DNA of 64,000 nt from Pelagomonas calceolata. Lineage: Eukaryota. Made by a program: the position numbers and the translations under genes. The stretch covers positions 5,642,001-5,706,000 of the forward strand of contig CAKKNE010000002.1 in the NCBI GenBank assembly GCA_918797485.1. The letters run 5' to 3'. Under the pieces are notes generated by a model, which saw only the letters and a list, made by a program, of their open reading frames with translations, was not told where the DNA came from and made no database searches. Shown piece by piece: positions 42,201-49,313 of this stretch (positions are counted from its first letter, which is position 1; each line of letters opens with the position of its first letter).

Positions 42201-42465
42201 GGTCGAGGCCGTTCTCGCCGGCCGGCGCACTCGTGCTGGCGCTTTTGTCGGACTTGCTGCCGTCGTACATGGTCATGGCCTCGGAGAAGCCAGCGAAATT
42301 CTCCCCGAGCCGGGAGCCGCTCAGGGAGCCGCCCTCGGGGCAGCCCTTCCAAGGTTTCAGGCAGCTGCTCAGAATGGAGCCGCGCGCGGGGGCCCGGAGC
42401 GGCAGCGCGCTGGTCAAGAAGAACAGCCCAAGGGCAGCTCTCACAAGGGCGCGCAGCATTTTCAA
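39274..42465 (-). CDS. DUF285 (BspA-like) repeat surface protein with three Cys/acidic modules, a TM helix and a Zn-ribbon tail
   Basis: YGHISTW.T.GVTDMS.LF and FN.DIG.WDTSGV repeats; three CTPG...CEPGTNT..YDEDLDGN.D...CWYDDCSED modules; TM helix; FCSACGA twice. Confidence 0.75.
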   Translation of the reverse strand: MKMLRALVRAALGLFFLTSALPLRAPARGSILSSCLKPWKGCPEGGSLSGSRLGENFAGFSEAMTMYDGSKSDKSASTSAPAGENGLDRAASKGLATSVAATMARLQLYQNHVSAELMLAAPDATKGGVDEEEGRASWWLFQFLAILLELVLGLFVFGRVIPRCSSAAKGAAWRSYGAAYLLISPEIALVAAAATSVRGSDYTIMKSSKIKTNESPSSSVQSLEQRRVLSGGSSDYAITKSSKIKTNESPSSSVQSLEQRRVLSGYVMTDSNIRTAVAAWLSDATSAEAMYGHISTWATGGVTDMSYLFCGASTDHSGNGYCNTAAASFNEDIGAWDTSGVTTMEGIFIEALSFNRDIGAWDTSGVISMYGVFGGALAFNQDIGDWAIDSVTTMFWMFYGASAFDQDLGWCADDDVDLYGAFNGTPCQSTSCGVVQVAECYDRSKFCLNPSQYNGGAPSNYPGYTCDGFLGAEAKMNAIDWSSDSAIQAACADPEVYDGNTRAGVMNYMAGGSNPCCADLKSACYSSDYDEDDDEDCTPGFWVLECRDDGTLMRGFPRVANGDGGCDSCDCEAVEDLTAATSGQYTCEPGTNTILYDEDLDGNADESWEFSECWYDDCSEDDDDEDDDCTPGYGVAECLDDGTFMHNDECDSCDCEMDDLTTNSGGQYTCDPGTNTFYIDEDLDGNVDHEGQFGDCWYDDCSEDEEDGDEDDDDDCTPGFEVIECREDGTVMQGFGCQSCDCATTHDLTADYGGRVTCEPGTNTWYYDEDLDGNVDDDGEFNECWYDDCSEDDDDDDGDDDGDDDDDDDECDIETSNDLNSSPSGTTNHGAGSGWCFSNLNNQIGCTASPADCWERCSDGYGDDLVAIDWWDDGSCDCQNDCECMHEVGGAPGYIFYTVTRDSAVAALPVECGPTATPTPAPISQATPSDGGGNGGADAASAGLIGGTVAGVAVIAAIAVGAYVYMRRAKDSADLAPMAEVEVLGTITGAVESGALKDAAPDPSAPPLMPPPPPEPAQERPSMVSRLASWRAPAAEAPTGRNFCSACGAPVQGQFCSACGARA
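41671..41870. repeat. 102-bp in-frame tandem duplication
   Basis: SDY.I.KSSKIKTNESPSSSVQSLEQRRVLSG is encoded twice. Confidence 0.9.
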
Positions 42466-42619
42466 TGTCCTCGTCCGTGTCCTTCTTCTTAGTATCCTTG
42501 TGATCCTTGTATTTTGACACTCGCGCTATCTCGAATCCGCAATCGCGGCGCAGCAGTCGTGCGAAGTCGACAGTAGCTTTCTTCTAGATATTATCTTTCT
42601 TCTAGATATTATCCTCAGC

Positions 42620-42641
42620 CTAGTGCCTTACAGGACGCAAG
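42620..42641 (-). promoter_or_regulatory. CTAG-bipartite promoter motif (variant)
   Basis: Reverse complement CTTGCGTCCTGTAAGGCACTAG, between divergent genes. Confidence 0.55.
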
Positions 42642-42805
42642 CTAATCTGGCACGACGGCTCGTCGAGGAGGGAGGGAGGGACGACGGCGTACGCGATAGT
42701 GCTTAGCTCGCGACGCGCCACCCGTGGCAGTTCGCTTTCCGCTGCACGCACCTCTGCGTTGACCACCAGCACACCTGCCGCCCCAGGAGCACGCCCCCAT
42801 CAAGG

Positions 42806-43441
42806 ATGGCCGACGCCTACGCCAAAGTCAAGAGGGGCGGCCTGAAGCTCAAGGGCGGCATGAAGAAGAAGCGCAAGCGCGAGCGCGCGCCGAAGGCACC
42901 GGAGGCCGCCGCGCCCGCCGCAACACCCCAAGAGGACGACGAGGACGATTTTGTCGTCGCGGCGGGCTCGGGCCGCATCTCGTCGTCGGGCACGGCCGTG
43001 CGCGGCCACGACGGCACGCGGTTCATGGCGGAGCTGCGGGCCGGCGACGCCGTCGTCATCACGCACCCGACGACGCTGACCGAGGAAACGCGGATTGTGA
43101 AGATGGTCCTTTCGGACGTGAGCATCGCCATCTCGTCGGCCTTCTCGTCGGATTTGGTGTCGACGACGGCCTTCCGCTACGTCGCGGCGCCGCGCGTCGA
43201 GCAGTCCGCGGCGGATAAGGAGCGGGACGCGGCTCAACGACGCGTGCTCCGCGAGGACGGCGCCGTCGGCGACTACGCGGGCGGCGGCGGCACGACGCTG
43301 GTCTACCGCACGCGCAAGAAGGGCGCCGTCGGCGGGTCCAACGGCTGGAAGATTGTGACCGAGAAGCTCGCCGAACCCAAAACGCGGACGGAGCTGCTCG
43401 AGATGCGCTCCAAGTACAAGAGCGACCGGCACTGCGGCTAA
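42806..43441 (+). CDS. Hypothetical protein, probably nuclear
   Basis: AY..VKRGGLKLKG/KKKRK N-terminus, strong coding codon bias, C-terminal LLEMRSK.KSDRHC. Confidence 0.7.
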   Translation: MADAYAKVKRGGLKLKGGMKKKRKRERAPKAPEAAAPAATPQEDDEDDFVVAAGSGRISSSGTAVRGHDGTRFMAELRAGDAVVITHPTTLTEETRIVKMVLSDVSIAISSAFSSDLVSTTAFRYVAAPRVEQSAADKERDAAQRRVLREDGAVGDYAGGGGTTLVYRTRKKGAVGGSNGWKIVTEKLAEPKTRTELLEMRSKYKSDRHCG

Positions 43442-43527
43442 GTATGTTCTCTCTGTCCTTCCGTTGCTCTATTCCGTTGCGTGTTACAACGGCGACGCGG
43501 GCCGCGGCACGCCCGACCGATGCCGAC

Positions 43528-43725
43528 TCCGAGTGGAAGGCTTAGCTTCTGACAGGCGCAGCGCTCATTACGGCGTGGCGATGGACGCCATCGGGGCGGC
43601 GACTGCTCGACGGCGTCTGGCATGTACGGGCCACCGCTCTCGAGTCCGAGTGGAAGGCTTAGCTTCTGACACGCGCAGCGCTCATTAAGGCGTGGCGATG
43701 GACGCCGTCGGGGCGGCGACCGCTC
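43528..43725. repeat. About 81-bp direct repeat, two copies (period 117), between convergent genes
   Basis: TCCGAGTGGAAGGCTTAGCTTCTGACA...GGCGGCGAC at 43528 and 43645. Confidence 0.85.
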
Positions 43726-43766
43726 TCGAGAGTACTAGTAGCATGAGAGTAGTACTAGAAAATAAG

Positions 43767-45095
43767 TTAGGAGCTCGAGCTCGAGCTCGACGACGACGAC
43801 GGCGACCGGTTGTCCGACCGGCGCCGGCGCGGCGGCGACCGCGACCGCCTCGGCGGCGACCGCGAGCGCCGCGGCGGCGACCGGGACCGCCGCAACGGCG
43901 ACCGCGAGCGGCCGTAGCGCCGCGGCGGCGAGCGCGACCGGCGGCGCGGCGGCGAGCGCGAGCGGTAGCGCCGCGGCGGGGACCGTCGCGGCGGCGACCG
44001 CGAGCGTCGCAGCGGCGACCGGGACCGGCGCGGCGGCGACCGGCGCGGCGGCGACCGCGACCGCGACCGCGACGACGGGCGGCGCCGCGGCGGGCTGTCG
44101 TCGCTGTAGCGGCGCCGCGGCGGCGACCGCGACCGCGACCGCGAACGGCGCGCGTCGCGGCCAAAGGAGTCGCTCCGCCGCGGCGGGTAGTAGCGCGTCG
44201 GCGGCTCCGGCGACCGCGCGCGCGGCATGGGCGGCGGCGAGGGCGCACGTTTGTGTTTCTTGTCCTTCTTTTTGGCGTCCTTCTTCTTCTTTTTTTTCTT
44301 GGACGACTTCTTTTCCTTCTTTTCCTTTTTCTCCTTTTTCTTGCGCTTCTTGGCTGCTTTTTTTTCAGCTAAAGCTAAGTCGCGCGCGTCTCGGTCATTG
44401 CCCGTCTCTTTGACACCACAAGCTTCGATGCGGACGCGCTGCGCCGCCGCCGGCGCGTCTTTCAGATACGTGTCGACCTTTTCAATCGCACGTACCACTT
44501 CCATGCCGCTCTTCACTTCCCCGAAGACGACGTGCTTGCTATCGAGGTGCGGCGCCGGCCCGCAGGTGATGAAGAACTGGCTCCCGTTCGTGTTCGGCCC
44601 GGCGTTCGCCATGCTCAGGAGCCCCGCCCTGGTATGCTTGAAGTGGAAGGCCTCGTCCTCAAACTTGCCCCCATATATAGATTCGCCGCCCGTGCCGTTG
44701 TGCTCGCTGAAGTCGCCTGCGCATGGACCCTCGTGTGATCATGAAGGCGACGTCGAAGTCGTGTCCGTCTGCCCGATGGCGTGGAGACCACCCCCGACGC
44801 CATCGCCGCGACACCCCTCGCGTTGCCCGCGCGTCTCATGAAATGAAGGCGCAATCGCCGCGAGACGCTGCGTCGCACCGCCTTGCACCATGAAGCCCGG
44901 GATCACGCGGTGGAACGTCGAGTGCCGGTAGTGGAGCGGTTTTTTTGTGGTCTTGCCGATGCCCTTCTCGCCGGTGCAGAGCATCAAGAAGTTCTGCGTG
45001 GTGCGCGGCGCCTGGCCGTCGTAGAGCGCGAAGGTGATGCGCCCCTCGGGCCGGCCGCCGATGCTGATATCCATCCAGCAGGTCGAGCGCGCCAT
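43767..45095 (-). CDS. SR-rich cyclophilin (PPIG-like); intron 44717-44878
   Basis: [15 protein letters not shown]...[26 protein letters not shown], then Lys-rich and RSRSPPRR tails. Confidence 0.9.
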
Positions 45096-45357
45096 TGTTT
45101 TTGCTTGCTTGTTATCTTGCTGCCGTTTCGCGCTTTTTTGCTGCGCAAGCGTTCCGAGTTATGCTGCCGTCTCGCGCTGTCCGCGGCGGAAGACGTCGGC
45201 GAGCTGGGGCTGCTTAAACTTTGCAGGCAGTCCTCCGTTTGCAACGCCTCGAAGGGAGACCTTCCTCAGCGATCACAAAAGTTGTTTCAACAGGTCCGGC
45301 GCGCAGGACAAGCACCAGCGCTCGCGATTTTCGACTCGAGCCCGGCTTGCTTGCTTG

Positions 45358-45378
45358 CTAGTGTCTTACCGCCGCTAG
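45358..45378 (-). promoter_or_regulatory. CTAG-bipartite promoter motif
   Basis: Reverse complement CTAGCGGCGGTAAGACACTAG followed by CAAGCAAGC, between divergent genes. Confidence 0.65.
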
Positions 45379-45653
45379 CCCAACGCGGGTTCCTCAGCAG
45401 AAGCCTCGCGATCGCTACGCAGGCGAACCGAACCGTCGGACCGCTGGCAGGAGGCTTCGCCCTCGAGACTTGGGCGCTGCGGCCTCGCATGCGCACAGCG
45501 TTGTCTTTGCGCGGCCGAATAGCTCGCAAAGCCAAGTTACGCGCTCCCAGGGCGGCTCGACACCGCGCCATTTTACGCGTGCGTCAGCGCAAGCGCTGAG
45601 CCGCCGCGAAAACAGCCCCAGCACAATAACCACAACTGCACCAAAATAACAGG

Positions 45654-47388
45654 ATGAGCTCATTCGGCGGTGCGCCGCCGCCTACACGCGCCCACAGCCC
45701 GCCGCGCAACGGCACGACGACGCCCACACCAAGAAGCCCTGCTGCGAAGCGCTACAAGAGCGACGGCGTCGGCGACGGCCCCGCGCCGCCGCGCGTCCGG
45801 ACGCCGACGCGGTCGCCGCGGCGCTCGAGCCAGGGGTCGCCGGCGCCGGGCCGCTCGCCCTCGGACCGCTTCATCCCCAACCGGACGAGCATGGACTTCG
45901 ACGAGGCCAATCATGCATTAAGTGTGGTCGCGTCACCCCAACGAAAGAAGGGCGACGACCCGGCGGCGAACGCCCGGCCCGTCGAGGTGGAGTTTCGGCG
46001 GGCCATGCGGTCCGCGCTGCTGCCGCGGTCGTCCGGCGGCGGTCGCCGGAGCTCCGGCGGCGCCGACTCGCCGCGAAGCCCCCCTCACTCCGCCTCAAAA
46101 ATATTCAGATTCGGCGCCGAGGTGCAGAACCGGCCCGACCGCTTCCGATCCGCGCTGGAAGTCATCGCGGACCCGCGCCAGGAGCCCGGCAACGACGCGC
46201 GGACGGCGGCTCTGGCGCGGCCCGTGCCCACCAAACCCTCTCGTATCCTCGACGCGCCGGACATCGTCGACGACTACTACCTCAATTTGTTGAGCTGGTC
46301 GTCGTCCAACGTGCTGGCCGTGGCCCTCGCGAACAACGTCTACCTTTGGAACGCGGCGACGAACGAAGTGTCGGAATTGTTACAGTTAGAACAGGGCGAC
46401 TGCGTCACGTCCGTGAGCTGGGCGCCGGGCGGGTCCCACCTGTGCGTGGGCACGGACAGCGCGGCGGTCCAGCTCTGGGACGCGTCGCGCATGGCGCTGG
46501 TCCGGTCGATGCGGGGCCACACGGCGCGCGTCGGGAGCCTGGCGTGGAATCCCGTGCGTTTTTGCGGCGTCCCCTTTTTTCCTTGCCCTTCGCGGCGATG
46601 GCGTCGACGCGACGTCGACCGACGCGGCGCCGGCCCCGGGGGCGCGGCTGCCCGAGATTACGCCATCGACGCGCCGCCGACGCGACGTCACACAGGTCTC
46701 GCGCTGCGTCAACAGCGGTTCTAGAGACGCTCTGGTCTTACAGCACGACGCGCGGGCGAGGCAACATCGGACGGCCACCCTAGTCGGCCACCAGCAGGAG
46801 GTCTGCGGCCTGTCGTGGTCCGCCGACGGCGCGACGCTCGCGTCAGGAGGCAACGAGAACTATCTATGTCTGTGGGACGCGGCGCGGTCGGGCCAGGCGC
46901 AGCCGAGCGAGTGCGCGCCGCGGGCCATCATGCGCCAGCACCAGGCCGCCGTCAAGGCGCTGAGCTGGTGCCCCATGCACCGCAACTTACTAGCTTCGGG
47001 CGGCGGGACTGCTGATAGGACGATAAAATTCTGGAACGCGCATACCGGTGCTATGTTACATTCCGTCGACACGGGCTCTCAAGTCTGCGCCTTGTTATGG
47101 AGCCGGCACCACAAGGAAATCGTGTCGTCGCACGGCTTTTCCCAGAATCAATTATGCTTGTGGCGCTACCCGTCGATGACGAAGCTCTGCGAGCTGACCG
47201 GGCATACGGCTAGAGTGTTGCATTTAGCCCAGTCGCCGGACGGCGAGACGGTGGTGTCCGCGGCGGCGGACGAGACGTTGAGATTTTGGTCCATCTTCGG
47301 CGGCGGGCCGACGTCGGCGGCGCGGCGCAAGGGCCGGATGCGGGACATGCGCTTGTCGTCGGTTGGGGGGGAGATGTCGATCCGGTAA
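45654..47388 (+). CDS. CDC20: APC/C activator CDC20/fizzy; intron 46554-46695
   Basis: C-box DRFIPNR, KILR-like KIFRF, RILDAP...DDYYLNLL.W, WD40 repeats and a terminal IR tail. Confidence 0.85.
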
Positions 47389-47479
47389 GATTCGCGTGTA
47401 TTTTTGTTTGTGGGGTCGCTTCAAATGTGTCTGGTGTCTAGCGTTCATAGACTTTTGGACTTTTCCGTTACAACATTAC

Positions 47480-48259
47480 CTAGCAGCTATCGTCGTGGTA
47501 CATCCAGCCCTCCTGCGGCTTGCCCGGCGCGGACGCGGCGTGCACCGCGTTGTCCTGCGGGATGCCCTTCGTCTTCGCGGACGAGAGCATCGAGAGGATG
47601 GATAAGGAGAGCTGCGCCACGGTGATCGTCGGCCGCCAGCCGTTGCCTAGGAGGTTCAGGCAGATGTCACCGTTCGTGTAGACGTGCGGGTGCCGCGGCG
47701 TCGGCTCCAGGAAATAACAACTCGGCGGGCTCGTCGGGTAGTCCGCGGGGAAACTCACGCGCAGCTTGTACTTTTCGCCAGCGAAAATAGTACCTTCCGC
47801 GCCCGTCATCGTCACGATCCAGACGTTCAAGTTCTTGCCGACGCTCACCTTGCAGCCGTCGGGCGGATTTTCGACGAAGTCGGTCAGCTCTCTCGAAATT
47901 CGCTGCGCCTGACGCTGGGCCGGGCTCGCGCGTGCCGGCGAGCGTCGCTTCTTCTTCGCTGCTACCTTTTTCTTCGTTGCAGGCGCGGTGTCCTCGTCTC
48001 CTCCGTCTTTGCCGAAGCCGAGCAGCCGCAACGTCATGCGCACCGTTTTGCGGATCACGCCAAAGAGGCGGGTCGCGAGGCTCCCGCCCCCACCGCCGTC
48101 GAGCAGTCCCGCCTTGGCCTCCGGCGCGAGCGATGTGGCGTTGGCGCCGCCGGAGACGCGTAGCGCCCTCGTGTGCATGGCACGGCGTGCTGGCGCGACG
48201 GCGACGGCGGTAGCCAAGATGGTGGCGAGTAGTGCGCCCGAGTGTCGTATGCGCTGCAT
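47480..48259 (-). CDS. UBE2W-like ubiquitin-conjugating enzyme with an N-terminal signal/transit-like extension
   Basis: HPHVYTNGDICL, SILSMLSS and the terminal W.YHDD.C are typical of UBE2W. First ATG at 48259. Confidence 0.8.
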   Translation of the reverse strand: MQRIRHSGALLATILATAVAVAPARRAMHTRALRVSGGANATSLAPEAKAGLLDGGGGGSLATRLFGVIRKTVRMTLRLLGFGKDGGDEDTAPATKKKVAAKKKRRSPARASPAQRQAQRISRELTDFVENPPDGCKVSVGKNLNVWIVTMTGAEGTIFAGEKYKLRVSFPADYPTSPPSCYFLEPTPRHPHVYTNGDICLNLLGNGWRPTITVAQLSLSILSMLSSAKTKGIPQDNAVHAASAPGKPQEGWMYHDDSC

Positions 48260-48431
48260 TCTGTGTCTGGACCTTGGAGTTGAGAGACACGCGGCCGAGT
48301 TGCAGGCAAGCGATTGGCGCTCAGTGGTGACAGCTCGCGGCGATTTTTTCGGCGATTTGCTGCGCTGAGTCAAGCCGGGCGTCTGACAGGGGATTTGGCA
48401 AGTTGAGGTGAAACTTGGCGTTTTTTGTTGG

Positions 48432-48459
48432 ATTTGACCCGGCGACTCGAGGGTCAAAT
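48432..48459. promoter_or_regulatory. Palindromic element upstream of the permuted tRNA
   Basis: ATTTGACCC-GGCGACTCGA-GGGTCAAAT, a perfect 9-bp inverted repeat. A related element lies at 49217-49239. Confidence 0.35.
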
Positions 48460-48534
48460 AAAAAAAAGAGGGTCATGAAAACGACGAATTCATAACACAA
48501 GCTTCGGCCAGCGGTAGCAGAGATGAACGCAGAA

Positions 48535-48687
48535 ATCGTGACCGGTATTAATTACCGGAGGCCTTGGTCGTGGGTTCGATCCCCAACGTTACGTAACGTG
48601 GATACACATCGGGTGCTTTACTGCCCGGTTACGTTTGCCCAAAAACGACAAACACCATTGCTCAGTCGGTAGAGCGCACGACTCTTA
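48535..48687 (+). tRNA. trnK-CUU: tRNA-Lys(CUU), circularly permuted (break 37/38) with three non-canonical introns
   Basis: Genomic order: nt38-43 at 48535-40; intron 48541-64; nt44-63 at 48565-84; intron 48585-605; nt64-73 at 48606-15; 7-nt linker 48616-22; nt1-9 at 48623-31; intron 48632-59; nt10-37 at 48660-87. Mature sequence GCCCGGTTAGCTCAGTCGGTAGAGCGCACGACTCTTAATCGTGTGGTCGTGGGTTCGATCCCCACATCGGGTG (73 nt) forms all four stems. Confidence 0.88.
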
Positions 48688-48698
48688 CTACGCGTTCA

Positions 48699-48717
48699 TT
48701 TTCTTTTTTTTTTTTTT
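48699..48717 (+). terminator. Pol III oligo-T terminator
   Basis: TTTTC(T)14 directly after the tRNA trailer. Confidence 0.8.
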
Positions 48718-48920
48718 GCCTTTCGTGTATCCTCATATTTTCCACGCTGGCAAATTTTGGGACTCATTGGACAAGGTGGGATCGCGAACGTGACTGTCTC
48801 GTCACGAGGGTGATTTTTTGTTTGGAGTGCTTGAACGGCAAGAGTGCAGCCGAGACGCCTCTCCGAAGCGTAGGAATGGCCCGCTAAACGCACGGTCCCT
48901 AAAAATGCAAACAAGCCCAG

Positions 48921-49200
48921 AAAAAGTGCCGGAACCGACACGGCTGCGAGGTCCGAACGGATTTTCGTAACCGAAGGAACTGAGCTACGAAACCGCCATC
49001 AGAGCTTCGCCCACGGTGTAGTGTGGTCATTAAATGCGCCCAGTGTCCCCAATGCGCAGCACGCGTCGGGAAGGGCTTGAACCGAGGACGGACCGCGGCC
49101 CGCGCCCTCGACAATGCGATCGAAGGTCCGTCTCCCCAGCACCACGGAGAGGTCCAGAGACGCTACAGACGCGTCGCGAGCGCCAAGAAGACTCCGACGG
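48921..49200 (-). ncRNA. Unidentified structured RNA candidate (Pol III-like)
   Basis: Many helices with G-U pairs on the minus strand; B-box GGTTCAAGCCC at 49073-83; GGTTTCGTAGCTCAGTT at 48978-94; terminal hairpin plus T5. Confidence 0.35.
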
Positions 49201-49313
49201 TCGGGTACCATAAAAATTGACAAGCCTCGAGTCTGTCAAAAAGCAGCCTAATTTTGGCAGCACAAATCAAAAGCAGCGCTCGACGAGAAGAGCATTGCTG
49301 CCAGCGAACAAAA

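Noticed and set aside
43780..44160. CGGCGGCGACCGCGA repeats as a satellite
   Set aside because: They encode the RSRSPPRR domain of the cyclophilin.
48260..48457. TTG/GTG-initiated N-terminal ORF extensions (also 4660, 4706, 15100, 30058, 33846, 53804)
   Set aside because: The context is eukaryotic, the extensions run through promoter or UTR sequence, and downstream ATGs fit better.
48565..48687. Two independent tRNA pseudogene fragments or a SINE
   Set aside because: All 73 positions are present exactly once, all stems pair across the pieces, and the leader and trailer are complementary. This fits one permuted gene better.
48960..49010. U4 snRNA (minus-strand TGGCGGTTTCGTAGC resembles the U4 5' stem)
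   Set aside because: It lacks the k-turn and U6-pairing segments. SRP helix 8, RNase P/MRP conserved regions and a telomerase template were also not found.
48937..49106. Complete permuted tRNA-Ala(CGC) on the minus strand
   Set aside because: The variable region would be only 2 nt, there is no D-stem 3' strand in place, and it has U3-G70 rather than G3-U70.
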